From the IMG/VR virus record IMGVR_UViG_3300019135_000051, positions 1 through 53,953 of that record: a DNA stretch of 53,953 nt, one strand, 5' to 3'. Positions 1-8,677 of this stretch are shown here, piece by piece; position 1 is the stretch's first letter, and the number at the start of each line of letters is the position of its first letter. Under the pieces are notes generated by a model, which saw only the letters and a program-made list of their open reading frames with translations, had not been told where the DNA came from and did not search any database. The DNA is from a virus (lineage: Duplodnaviria > Caudoviricetes). The position numbers and the translations under genes were made by a program.

Positions 1-1140
1 CTAAAGTGACTTTGAGCGTTTTTGCTTCATCATTTTCTCGAAGTTGTCAGCTGCGTCTTTTTGCATGTCCGGTAATACATGGCTGTAAACGTCCATCGTG
101 ATGCCCACCCGACTATGCCCCAGGCGCTCGGAAACCACCTTGGGGTGTTCACCCAGCTGCAGGAGCATGGTGGCATGGGTGTGTCGCAGATCGTGGAAGC
201 GAATGTACGGCAAGCCACTCCTTTTGATGATCCGCTCGTAGTGCCGTAGCAAATTGCGGGGGTCCTGCGGCCGACCGTCATCATAACAGACCACAAGGTC
301 GTGATCCTGGTAACCCGCACCGTATTGTATGCGCAGCGCATTTTGCTTAGCTCGGTGAGACTTCAGTTCCTTGACAACGAACTGAGGGATGGCAATTCGC
401 CGTTTCGCGCTTTTAGTCTTCGGCTCCTGGAAGATGATCCCGGAATTTGCGGGACGATATAGAGTCTGTTGCACGCTGATCCGAGACTGCTCAAAGTCAA
501 CATCTTTCCAACGTAGACCTAGGATTTCCCCTCGGCGCATACCGGTATAAATGGCCAGTACAAAAGCGATGTAATACTTGTCGTCCTTGGCATAAGACAG
601 AAACTCGTTCGCCTGTTCCGCAGTCCAGGTAACGATTTCTTTCTGGATAAGACGGGGAGGATCAACGTGCTCCATGATGTTCTTGGGAACCAACTGCCAT
701 TTGACGGCCTGATTCAGGGCTTTGCTGAGCACGGAGTGCAGATACTTGATGTAATCAGCTGAAAGCCCCTCTTTTTGCAGCTCGGCCAAATACTTTGTGA
801 CGCGGAGCGGAGTCAGCTTGTCCAACTCGTGATGGCCAAGAGAGGGGATGAGTCTGCTCCTGACTGCAATCTCGTGGTTTGTATAGGTGGACTGGCGGAG
901 ATTGGTCTTTGCGTAGTTCTCTAACCAAAATTCCAGGTAGCTTGCCAAGGTTTGCTTTTTCGAAATGACGAGCTCACCGCGTTCAAACTGTGCAATCATC
1001 TCTGCACATGCAACCTCGGCCTCCTTTTTGGTTTTGAAACCGGAGCGTGTTATTTGCCGACGCTTTCCTGTCTCGGGATCGGTTCCGAGGGAGACTGCAA
1101 ACGACCAGGTGCTTCCGCGTTTTCTGAAGTGTCCCTTCAT
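1..1140 (-). CDS. int: Tyrosine integrase (ICEBs1/phage type with N-terminal arm-binding domain)
   Basis: TGMRRGE, RFHDLRHTHAT, ERLGH and YSHV catalytic motifs; N-terminal RSGFKTKKEA. Confidence 0.97.
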   Translation of the reverse strand: MKGHFRKRGSTWSFAVSLGTDPETGKRRQITRSGFKTKKEAEVACAEMIAQFERGELVISKKQTLASYLEFWLENYAKTNLRQSTYTNHEIAVRSRLIPSLGHHELDKLTPLRVTKYLAELQKEGLSADYIKYLHSVLSKALNQAVKWQLVPKNIMEHVDPPRLIQKEIVTWTAEQANEFLSYAKDDKYYIAFVLAIYTGMRRGEILGLRWKDVDFEQSRISVQQTLYRPANSGIIFQEPKTKSAKRRIAIPQFVVKELKSHRAKQNALRIQYGAGYQDHDLVVCYDDGRPQDPRNLLRHYERIIKRSGLPYIRFHDLRHTHATMLLQLGEHPKVVSERLGHSRVGITMDVYSHVLPDMQKDAADNFEKMMKQKRSKSL

Positions 1141-1219
1141 AGCATCCAATCCTTTCTGTAAATGATGGGAATATATGTTCGGTTTCAGGGCGAAAGAGAG
1201 CCCCGAAACGAAGAACCAA

Positions 1220-1651
1220 TCAGAACTTTTTCAAGTGGGCCACATCTCCCGGCACTCCATAAATGGCTGCTGCCTCACGGATTGTCATGCCAGAGTGTCG
1301 ATGTTCATGCAGAAGGCTGTCAGGAATCAACAGCTCAACCGCGAATTCGTTAGCCTCACGTTCGACTCGGTCGATGGACTGAAACGTATTCGCCCGCAGG
1401 AATGGCACGTTAACCTTGGGATGCAGGATGCGGTGTCCGAGCTCATGTGCGATGACGAACCTCTGCAGGTGTTCGTCCAGGTTACGGTTGACGTGAATCA
1501 TGGGTATACGCTTGCTGATGTTAAAGTAGCCCCAAATATTTTTGAAGTCTTCATACAAAATAAGAATGCCTTTCTGGCTCGTGATGGTCGCCGGGTCGTT
1601 GGTGCCGTGTCGCTTGACGAGCCGTTGCACGATCTGCTTAATAGGCTGCAT
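1220..1651 (-). CDS. ImmA/IrrE-family metallopeptidase (anti-repressor)
   Basis: AHELGH (HExxH) and EREANEFAVELL; lies between repressor and integrase. Confidence 0.93.
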   Translation of the reverse strand: MQPIKQIVQRLVKRHGTNDPATITSQKGILILYEDFKNIWGYFNISKRIPMIHVNRNLDEHLQRFVIAHELGHRILHPKVNVPFLRANTFQSIDRVEREANEFAVELLIPDSLLHEHRHSGMTIREAAAIYGVPGDVAHLKKF

Positions 1652-1671
1652 GTGTGCATCTCTCCAGCTCG

Positions 1672-2187
1672 TTATTTTCTATGTTTTTTCGGAGTGAACT
1701 TCTTCTTTGCCATCATCTTGGCAAGCCTGAGTGATTGCTCCAGAGAGGAGCGCAGCAACTCCATTTCTTCCTCGTCGATTGGCTCCCCATGGAAGGCGAG
1801 CGCCTGGTTGCTCTCCAGATCGGCCATGATGCGTTCCAGGTCTTTTACGATGTCGCGTTCTTCTTTAGATGTCAAAACAGTTTTAGGCTTAAGTTTTCGT
1901 TCCAGTTCTTTTTGTAGGTCCTCAAAAAATGACTCATCAGTGTAGCCGTCAGCATACATGTCGTCCGAAAGCATCAATACGCCTTCTGGGTGCGGCAATC
2001 CAAGTAAAAAGTCAACTGTGACCCCGTGAAATCGGGCTAGAGCCGCAAGCTTCGTGTGATCAGGATTGGAGATTCCGTTTTCCCAAGCATTGTAACGAGC
2101 GCGTTTAACGCCAATTGCTTCTGCAACTTGTTCTTGAGTAAGGCGTTTGTAATTCCTTAGTGCAGCAAGTCGTTGGCCCAAATTCAT
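1672..2187 (-). CDS. XRE-family HTH immunity repressor (ImmR/CI-like)
   Basis: LTQEQVAEAIGVKRARYNAWENG HTH; divergent from the cro-like gene. Confidence 0.93.
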   Translation of the reverse strand: MNLGQRLAALRNYKRLTQEQVAEAIGVKRARYNAWENGISNPDHTKLAALARFHGVTVDFLLGLPHPEGVLMLSDDMYADGYTDESFFEDLQKELERKLKPKTVLTSKEERDIVKDLERIMADLESNQALAFHGEPIDEEEMELLRSSLEQSLRLAKMMAKKKFTPKKHRK

Positions 2188-2236
2188 CGTAAAAACCGAC
2201 CTTTCCTCGTGTGGATAAAAAATTTATCAAACTCGC

Positions 2237-2265
2237 TTGACGATAAGATTTTTATCAAATATAAT
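2237..2265 (+). promoter_or_regulatory. sigma-A early lytic promoter
   Basis: TTGACG-17 bp-TATAAT, with an operator in the spacer. Confidence 0.88.
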
Positions 2266-2294
2266 CAGATTACGACAAGGAGGTGAATCGTGAG

Positions 2295-2513
2295 ATGGCA
2301 AAAAGACGGCAACAGCTAATCGAGTGCCGTGAAGCGAAAGGATCAAGAGATCAGGTTGCCTCGGAACTTGGCATTTCAAAGGTCTATCTTAGGATGATTG
2401 AAACAGGTGCTTTGAAACCTGGTCGCGACCTAATGATAAAAATGTCTGGCTTTTTTGAACAACCGCTCGATATACTTTTCCCAGACCTGTTTGAAGGAGA
2501 GAGGTCTAATTAA
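2295..2513 (+). CDS. Cro-like XRE HTH regulator
   Basis: SRDQVASELGISKVYLRMIETG HTH; RBS AAGGAGGTG. Confidence 0.88.
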   Translation: MAKRRQQLIECREAKGSRDQVASELGISKVYLRMIETGALKPGRDLMIKMSGFFEQPLDILFPDLFEGERSN

Positions 2514-2552
2514 GTGTGCTTACTATGATAAAATTATTATCGCTACGAAATG

Positions 2553-2581
2553 AGTATACTGGATAAAATTATTATCGTCAA
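2553..2581 (-). promoter_or_regulatory. Leftward sigma-A promoter reading antisense through cro toward the repressor
   Basis: Minus strand TTGACG-17 bp-TATACT, with operator 2562 in the spacer. Confidence 0.7.
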
Positions 2582-2644
2582 CATGGTTTTTCTTTTTTGT
2601 AGTGGCTGATAAGAATTTTATCAAAACCAAAGGAGGGGGACCTC

Positions 2645-2848
2645 ATGGAACAGACGCAGCCCATCCACAATGGTCTGCCAGCAATATTGACTGCTCAGGA
2701 CATAGCAAATTATCTCCGGATATCGGAGCGACGCGCCTATGAGCTTATGGACTTGAAATCATTCCCTCTGATCCGACTTGGTCGTTCCAAACGGGTGAAC
2801 AGAGATTCGTTTTTAAACTGGTTACAACAGAACGAAAGAAATGAGTAA
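2645..2848 (+). CDS. Excisionase-like HTH_17 protein
   Basis: ILTAQDIANYLRIS...FPLIRLGRSKRVNRDSFLNWL; RBS GGAGGGGG. Confidence 0.85.
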   Translation: MEQTQPIHNGLPAILTAQDIANYLRISERRAYELMDLKSFPLIRLGRSKRVNRDSFLNWLQQNERNE

Positions 2849-2850
2849 TC

Positions 2851-3123
2851 GTGATGGACAAACGCGCTATCTGGCTCGCGGTAAACTCCGCACACGGCGA
2901 CCGTCTTGTACAAATTGCCCAAGAGCATTGCCGTTTAGCTCGTGAGGTCGCCGCAAACGAATACCTTTCACACCAGGATAAGGAAACGTATAAGGCACGC
3001 ATCGAGCAGCTACGTAGGGAGCGGGATCAAATCCTTACACAGTTTGAAGAGGAGGTGAGCACGGATGGACAAGACCTGGAAACAGCGACAGATGGAAGTG
3101 CTGATGGCGAGCTTCGAGCATGA
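2851..3123 (+). CDS. Hypothetical phage protein
   Basis: ORF in the tightly packed early operon. Confidence 0.6.
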   Translation: MMDKRAIWLAVNSAHGDRLVQIAQEHCRLAREVAANEYLSHQDKETYKARIEQLRRERDQILTQFEEEVSTDGQDLETATDGSADGELRA

Positions 3124-3238
3124 GACGGCGTTGATGGCGTCATGGCCAGGAGGGAAGGAAGCAGCAGAGGGTTACGCTCAGCGCTTGCTGGCTTACGACA
3201 CAAAGCAAAAGGCAAGGGAAAAGGGGGAAAACCGGTGA
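3065..3238 (+). CDS. Small hypothetical protein (57 aa, MDKTWKQRQ...), absent from the ORF track
   Basis: RBS GGAGGTG; stop overlaps the next GTG start. Confidence 0.6.
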   Translation: MDKTWKQRQMEVLMASFEHETALMASWPGGKEAAEGYAQRLLAYDTKQKAREKGENR

Positions 3239-3483
3239 GGGCATACGGGTTCAGTGAAGCACAAAAGCGGATCGAGCGTTTGAAGAGGATTTACCGGATC
3301 ATGAAAGCGACCCATCCCCAGGACGGGACATGGGATTGGTGGATTAAAACAGAAATCACTGAGCTCAAACGAGAGATGGCCACTACTGCGAACAGTGACC
3401 ATTGGGCAACACGATTCCGAAAAGCGATTTCCCTTAGCGTATCACGATTATTGGTGTCGGGCAAGGAGGGGTCAACACTATGA
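3235..3483 (+). CDS. Hypothetical phage protein
   Basis: GTG start coupled to the upstream stop. Confidence 0.5.
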   Translation: MRAYGFSEAQKRIERLKRIYRIMKATHPQDGTWDWWIKTEITELKREMATTANSDHWATRFRKAISLSVSRLLVSGKEGSTL

Positions 3484-3656
3484 GCGCCTATAAAGAAATG
3501 GCGATTTCTGATCGAGAGGATCAAATTGTTGATATTTGCGACCAATGCTCGGGTGGCATACATAAAGGTCAACAGGTCTGGAAGGTCGGAAGCGAGATTT
3601 ACTGCTGCAGAGATTGCTTGCAAACCGGGTTGCAGATTGTGACGTTGCGGATTTGA
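3480..3656 (+). CDS. Small Zn-finger-like protein (58 aa; CDQC...YCCRDC), absent from the ORF track
   Basis: RBS AAGGAGGGG; two Cys clusters. Confidence 0.7.
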   Translation: MSAYKEMAISDREDQIVDICDQCSGGIHKGQQVWKVGSEIYCCRDCLQTGLQIVTLRI

Positions 3657-3721
3657 GTCGAAACCGGGGCCACGCCCCTGGTCGCAGGGAGCTGACCGTC
3701 CCTGCCTGATGAGACTGGTCA
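3656..3721 (+). ncRNA. Type II hammerhead ribozyme; predicted cleavage after GUC at 3683
   Basis: AGTC-GAAA-stem III-GTC-stem I (GCAGGGA/TCCCTGC)-CTGATGA-GACT; loop I TGACC can pair with 3' GGTCA. Confidence 0.9.
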
Positions 3722-3821
3722 TACATATGCGAGGCAAAGCGGGAGCGCCCGGGGAGGCGCACGGCTGTCGGAGAGGTAGGGCCGGCGGCGGCCTCGTGAC
3801 TAAACGGAAAGGAGGGATAAA

Positions 3822-4037
3822 TTGGAGTATTTAAAACTGGTGCATACGCAGGAAGAGCTTGAATCAGCGGACGATAATTGTCTTCTGGAACATTTCGGTG
3901 TCACTTGCATGCGATACGTGCACGGGGAGGTACCACACCGTTATGTGAATCAAGTGAAAACGATCATTCTTCAAAGGATTTCCAGATCAAAAGAAAAAGA
4001 CTCCGCGGCAACGGAGTCTCAAGCAAAGCACTTATAA
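3822..4037 (+). CDS. Hypothetical phage protein
   Basis: RBS AAGGAGG with TTG start. Confidence 0.65.
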   Translation: MEYLKLVHTQEELESADDNCLLEHFGVTCMRYVHGEVPHRYVNQVKTIILQRISRSKEKDSAATESQAKHL

Positions 4038-4085
4038 TTGCCTTCATTTTACAACTGTGGAGGCACAAACACAAGGAGGGTGCTC

Positions 4086-4550
4086 ATGAACATCACACTG
4101 AACATCGAAGCCGGCACTCCGGCTGAGCTGCAGGAAGCGATCGTCGGTTTGGCCGGTATCGTTGGATTCGTACAAGACGGCCCAGCGATCCAGCAGACGA
4201 AAAGCGATCAGGAAAAACCGAAACGTAATTCTCGCACGACAACCAAAACGGACAAGCCAACGGATTCTCAGCCAGACGATGAGGAGCAACAGTCCGCAGA
4301 GCAGATCTCTGAAACAGAAAAAGAGTCTGCAGAAGAAGTAACCAGCCATGAAACGGGAGATGGGCCAGGCGATAGTGAGGAACACATTCCGACTGTTGTG
4401 GAGCTGCGCGCTGCAGCACAGGAAAAAGGGAAAACGCCAGAGGGAAAACAGGCGATCAGGGAACTGCTTAACAAATTCGGCAGCAAATCAATTTCTGATG
4501 TTCCCGAGAAGAAGCGAGCGGCATTCCTTGCTGAGTTGGAGGCGCTATGA
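4086..4550 (+). CDS. Acidic hypothetical protein of the type found upstream of DUF2800 in PolA phage cassettes
   Basis: C-terminal PTVVELRAAAQ...IRELLNKFGSKSISDVPE; RBS AAGGAGG. Confidence 0.75.
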   Translation: MNITLNIEAGTPAELQEAIVGLAGIVGFVQDGPAIQQTKSDQEKPKRNSRTTTKTDKPTDSQPDDEEQQSAEQISETEKESAEEVTSHETGDGPGDSEEHIPTVVELRAAAQEKGKTPEGKQAIRELLNKFGSKSISDVPEKKRAAFLAELEAL

Positions 4551-5743
4551 CACAGCAGGCACACGCTGAGCGTGCTCACGCTTTACTCGGCGCTTCCAAG
4601 GCGGAGCAGTGGATCAACTGCCCACCGAGCGCCAGGCTACAGGAAAGCATCCCTGACAAGCGGAGCGAATACGCAGAAGAGGGCACGACGGCCCATGAGC
4701 TCGCGGAGATCAAACTCCGCCGCCGTTTAACCATCTGCAACGCTGCCGAACGGGAACGGCTTGATGAGGCGCTCCAGAAGGTAAAAGACAGCCCGCACTA
4801 CAGCACCGAAATGGAGAACGCCATTCAGGAGTACATCGAGCTGGTCGGGGAGCGCTTCATGGCCGCGAAGGCGAGATCAAGTGACGCAGTTGTGCTGCTG
4901 GAAGAACGCCTGGACTTCTCAGAGTGGGTCCCGGACGGGTACGGCACTGGTGACGTGGTACTGATCGCGGACGGTGTTCTGGAAGTGATTGACCTGAAAT
5001 ACGGAAAGGGTGTACCGGTGAGCGCTGTTGGCAATTCGCAGATGCGGTTATATGCTCTCGGTGCTTGGTCGGCTTACAGCTATCTGTACGACATCCGTGA
5101 AGTGATGATGACAATCGTACAGCCGCGTCTCGATAACGTCAGCACGGACTCAATACCGATCGACGAGCTGCTGGGTTGGGCAGAGGCCGTTGTCAAACCA
5201 GCAGCCGAGTTGGCTCACCGCGGCGAGGGGGGTTACAAGGCCGGCGATCACTGTCGTTGGTGCAAGGTGAAGGGCAACTGCAGGGCGAGGGCGGACGCCA
5301 ATTTGGCGGCGCTGGCTTACGAGTTTAAAGATCCGGCCCTAATGACGAACGAAGAAATTGGGTCGGTCCTGTTCATCACAGAACAACTCAAGACATGGGC
5401 GAAAGATGTGGAAGAATACGCCTTCGAGCAGGCCAAGGCCGGCAACAAGATCCCGCAGTGGAAACTCGTCGAGGGCCGCAGTAACCGGGCGATCACCGAC
5501 AAAGATGCGGCATTGGCTGCCCTGGAAGCGGCCAAGTTGGATCCGGATAAATACCTGAAGCCGCAGGAGCTGCTCGGTATCAGCGAGCTGGAGAAGCGCA
5601 TCGGCAAAAAAGAGCTGGCATCCTTGCTTGATGGCCTGATCATTAAACCGCCTGGTAAACCGGTACTTGTGCCTGAAACGGACAAGCGCCCGGAGCTAAA
5701 CAGCATTGAAGAAGAATTCGCAAATATCGATTTGGAGGATTGA
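4547..5743 (+). CDS. DUF2800 Cas4-like PD-(D/E)XK exonuclease
   Basis: HALLGAS...WINCPPS, GTGD, IDLKYGKG, QMRLYALG, HCRWCK. Confidence 0.9.
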   Translation: MTQQAHAERAHALLGASKAEQWINCPPSARLQESIPDKRSEYAEEGTTAHELAEIKLRRRLTICNAAERERLDEALQKVKDSPHYSTEMENAIQEYIELVGERFMAAKARSSDAVVLLEERLDFSEWVPDGYGTGDVVLIADGVLEVIDLKYGKGVPVSAVGNSQMRLYALGAWSAYSYLYDIREVMMTIVQPRLDNVSTDSIPIDELLGWAEAVVKPAAELAHRGEGGYKAGDHCRWCKVKGNCRARADANLAALAYEFKDPALMTNEEIGSVLFITEQLKTWAKDVEEYAFEQAKAGNKIPQWKLVEGRSNRAITDKDAALAALEAAKLDPDKYLKPQELLGISELEKRIGKKELASLLDGLIIKPPGKPVLVPETDKRPELNSIEEEFANIDLED

Positions 5744-5749
5744 TTCTGA

Positions 5750-6346
5750 ATGGCAATCGACAATACCGTAACAAAAGTGATCACTGGTAAGGTACGCCTC
5801 TCGTATGTCCACGTTTTTGAGCCGCAAAAAGATGACCAAGGAAACGACAAATACAGCACGGCCATCCTCATCCCGAAGTCCGATAAGGAGACACTCCGAA
5901 AAATCAAGGCAGCTGTAGATGCAGCCATCGAGCTCGGCAAAAGCAAATGGGGAGGCAAGGTTCCTCCGAACCTGAAAAAGCCGCTGCGCGACGGCGACGC
6001 GGAGCGTCCGGACGACGAGGCATATGCCGGTCACTTCTTCCTGAATGCGACCAGCAAGAACAAGCCCGGAATCGCCAAACCAATCGGCAAAGGCCCTGAC
6101 GGCAAACCAAAGTTTCAAGAAATCACGGACAGCACCGAAGTGTACAGCGGGTGCTATGCCAAAGTGAGTCTGAACTTTTACCCATTTGACGCTAAGGGGA
6201 ACCGCGGAGTGGCAGCTGGACTTAACAACATTGTGAAGGTACAGGATGGTGAGTTCCTGGGCGGCCGCGCAAGCATCAACGATGAATTTGCCGATGAGGA
6301 ATTCGACGACCTTGGTGATGGGGACGAGGACGATTTTCTCAGCTAG
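5750..6346 (+). CDS. DUF2815 / gp2.5-like single-stranded DNA-binding protein
   Basis: VRLSYVHVFEP, PLRDGD, VYSGCY, GVAAGLNNI and acidic tail. Confidence 0.92.
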   Translation: MAIDNTVTKVITGKVRLSYVHVFEPQKDDQGNDKYSTAILIPKSDKETLRKIKAAVDAAIELGKSKWGGKVPPNLKKPLRDGDAERPDDEAYAGHFFLNATSKNKPGIAKPIGKGPDGKPKFQEITDSTEVYSGCYAKVSLNFYPFDAKGNRGVAAGLNNIVKVQDGEFLGGRASINDEFADEEFDDLGDGDEDDFLS

Positions 6347-6422
6347 TGCACAACTACCAAGGGGGATTCGGCAGCGGGTCCCCTTTCATTTCAAACAAAT
6401 TCCGGGAGAGGGAGGTATTGCG

Positions 6423-6719
6423 TTGAAGACGGACGGGGTGCTTTTAACACCAGCTATTCTGAGCGTTATGGAAGAGCGGAAACGACAGGACGACAAGTGG
6501 GGCGAGCAAAATCATGAGCCAACCGTATGGCTTGGCATTTTGGGGGAAGAGTTCGGGGAACTTTGTCAGGCGGTAAACGAAACGTGGTTTGACAATGGGC
6601 CGGAGGAACGCAAAAAGGGTGGTTACGAAAACGTGCGAGCGGAGGCGGTGCAGGTCGCGGCCGTGGCGGTCTCCCTAATCGAATGTCTGGATCGCCGGCA
6701 TGGTGGGGAATCTTCATGA
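6423..6719 (+). CDS. MazG-like nucleotide pyrophosphohydrolase
   Basis: ERKRQDDKWGEQNH...LGEEFGEL...EAVQVAAVA. Confidence 0.8.
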   Translation: MKTDGVLLTPAILSVMEERKRQDDKWGEQNHEPTVWLGILGEEFGELCQAVNETWFDNGPEERKKGGYENVRAEAVQVAAVAVSLIECLDRRHGGESS

Positions 6720-8677
6720 CCGTCCTCCAAATCGACCTTGAGACATACAGCAGCGTTGATTTGACCAAGTGCGGTGTGTATCGGTACGTTGAAGCCCCAG
6801 ATTTTGAAATTCTGCTTTTCGCGTACGCCTATGATGACGAACCTGTACAGGTTATCGACCTGACAGCCTTTGAGGATCTTCCGGAGCGGGTCCGGCATGA
6901 CCTGACCAATCCCGCCGTGATCAAAACAGCCTACAATGCCAACTTCGAGCGGACCTGTATCTCCAAGCACTTCGGGATTGAGTGCGACCCTCTCCAGTGG
7001 CGCTGCACAGCCGTCCATGCACTCGCGCTGGGGCTGCCCGGCTATCTGGAAGGCGTTGCAGAAGTATTAAAGCTTGAAGCCCAGAAGGACGCGCGCGGTA
7101 AAAACTTGATCAAATATTTCTCCGTTCCGTGCAAGCCAACAAAAGCGAATGACGGGAGGACACGTAACTATCCGTACCATGATCCAGAGAAATGGGAGCA
7201 ATACAAAGAATACAACCGGCAGGACGTCGTCGTGGAACGGGAGGTCCGCCGGAAGCTGGAACGGTTCCCATTGCCGGACCATGAGTGGAAGCTGTGGGCG
7301 TTGGACCAGCGGATCAATGACCGAGGCGTCCGGCTCGATCCGGTTCTATTCCGACAAGCGATCGCTTGCGATGAGCAGTACGAGGCCCGGCTGGTGGCCG
7401 AGGCAAAAGAGATCACGGGATTAGACAACCCGAACAGTCTTCAGCAGCTCAAGGAGTGGCTGGCAGAGCGCGGACTGGAGACACCCGATGGCCTCTCCAA
7501 AGAGCATATGCCAGTCTTGCTCGACCGAGCGCCGGACGATGAGACACGACGTGTCTTGGAGCTGCGGCAGGAGATGAGCAAGACCAGCGTCGACAAGTAT
7601 AACGCAATGGAGCGCAGCATGTGTGCTGATGAGAGAGCCAGAGGGCTGCTCCAGTTCTGCGGAGCAAACCGCACCTGGCGATGGGCCGGGCGGATAATCC
7701 AGGTACAGAACTTGCCACAAAACAAAATTGAGGATCTGGCCATGGCGCGAGAGACACTCCGGAACGGCGATTTCGAAATGTTGGAGCTGATGTTCGGGCC
7801 TCCTCCTTTTGTACTCTCCCAATTGATCCGGACGGCGTTCATCCCGTCCCGGGGCTGCAGGTTCATCGTGTCAGACTTCGCGGCCATTGAAGCCCGCGTC
7901 ATTGCCTGGCTGGCAAACGAGCACTGGGTGCTTGATGTGTTCCGTGGGCACGGCAAGATCTACGAAGCCACGGCCGCGCAGATGTTCAAGGTCCCTTTCG
8001 AGACGATCACAAAAGGCCATGCAAACTATCAGTTGCGGGCGAAGGGGAAAGTGGCCACACTCGCCTGCGGATACCAGGGCGGACCGAATGCTTTGATTGC
8101 CATGGGAGCACTCAAGAGCGGGATTTCAGAGGAAGAACTACCGGCACTGGTTAAGCAGTGGCGAGAGGCCAACCCGAATATCGTCAACCTGTGGTACGCC
8201 GCAGAAGATGCTGCAGTTACCGCTGTGCGCGAGAAAACGACCGTCAAGTTGGCTCATGGAGTCCAGTACCGGTATGCCCCCGGAGTATTGTTCGCCGACC
8301 TGCCCAGTGGTCGCAGCTTGGCGTACGTCAACCCGCGGATCAAGCCTGATCCGAAATTCGGTAAGGACGGTCTCGTGTTCGACGGCATGGATCAAGTGAA
8401 GAAGAAGTGGATGTCTCACCGGACATACGGCGGCCGGCTGGTGGAGAACCTTGTTCAGGCAATCGCCCGGGATTGTTTGGCCGAGAGCTTGATGCGACTG
8501 GATTCGGAAGGATACAAGATCGTGATGCATGTACACGATGAAGTTGTACTTGATGTGTCGGTCGGGATTGGATCTGTGGAAAAGGTAGTGGAAATAATGG
8601 GACGCCCAATTGTATGGGCGCCAGGGTTACCGCTGAGTGCTGCCGGTTTTGAGTGCAATTTTTACATGAAGGATTAA
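6716..8677 (+). CDS. Family A DNA polymerase (phage)
   Basis: IDLETYS exonuclease motif, DFAAIEARV (motif A), RAKGKVATLACGYQ (motif B), HVHDE (motif C). Confidence 0.96.
   Translation: MTVLQIDLETYSSVDLTKCGVYRYVEAPDFEILLFAYAYDDEPVQVIDLTAFEDLPERVRHDLTNPAVIKTAYNANFERTCISKHFGIECDPLQWRCTAVHALALGLPGYLEGVAEVLKLEAQKDARGKNLIKYFSVPCKPTKANDGRTRNYPYHDPEKWEQYKEYNRQDVVVEREVRRKLERFPLPDHEWKLWALDQRINDRGVRLDPVLFRQAIACDEQYEARLVAEAKEITGLDNPNSLQQLKEWLAERGLETPDGLSKEHMPVLLDRAPDDETRRVLELRQEMSKTSVDKYNAMERSMCADERARGLLQFCGANRTWRWAGRIIQVQNLPQNKIEDLAMARETLRNGDFEMLELMFGPPPFVLSQLIRTAFIPSRGCRFIVSDFAAIEARVIAWLANEHWVLDVFRGHGKIYEATAAQMFKVPFETITKGHANYQLRAKGKVATLACGYQGGPNALIAMGALKSGISEEELPALVKQWREANPNIVNLWYAAEDAAVTAVREKTTVKLAHGVQYRYAPGVLFADLPSGRSLAYVNPRIKPDPKFGKDGLVFDGMDQVKKKWMSHRTYGGRLVENLVQAIARDCLAESLMRLDSEGYKIVMHVHDEVVLDVSVGIGSVEKVVEIMGRPIVWAPGLPLSAAGFECNFYMKD

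Larger units (their letters stand above)
2214..2622. promoter_or_regulatory. Five 15-bp palindromic operators GATAA-N5-TTATC (2214, 2242, 2527, 2562, 2608)
   Basis: GATAAAAAATTTATC, GATAAGATTTTTATC, GATAAAATTATTATC (twice) and GATAAGAATTTTATC read directly. Confidence 0.88.

Noticed and set aside
4547-5743. Cas4-like nuclease as evidence of CRISPR-Cas
   Set aside because: It is the DUF2800 gene of the phage PolA cassette; no repeat-spacer array or other cas genes were seen.
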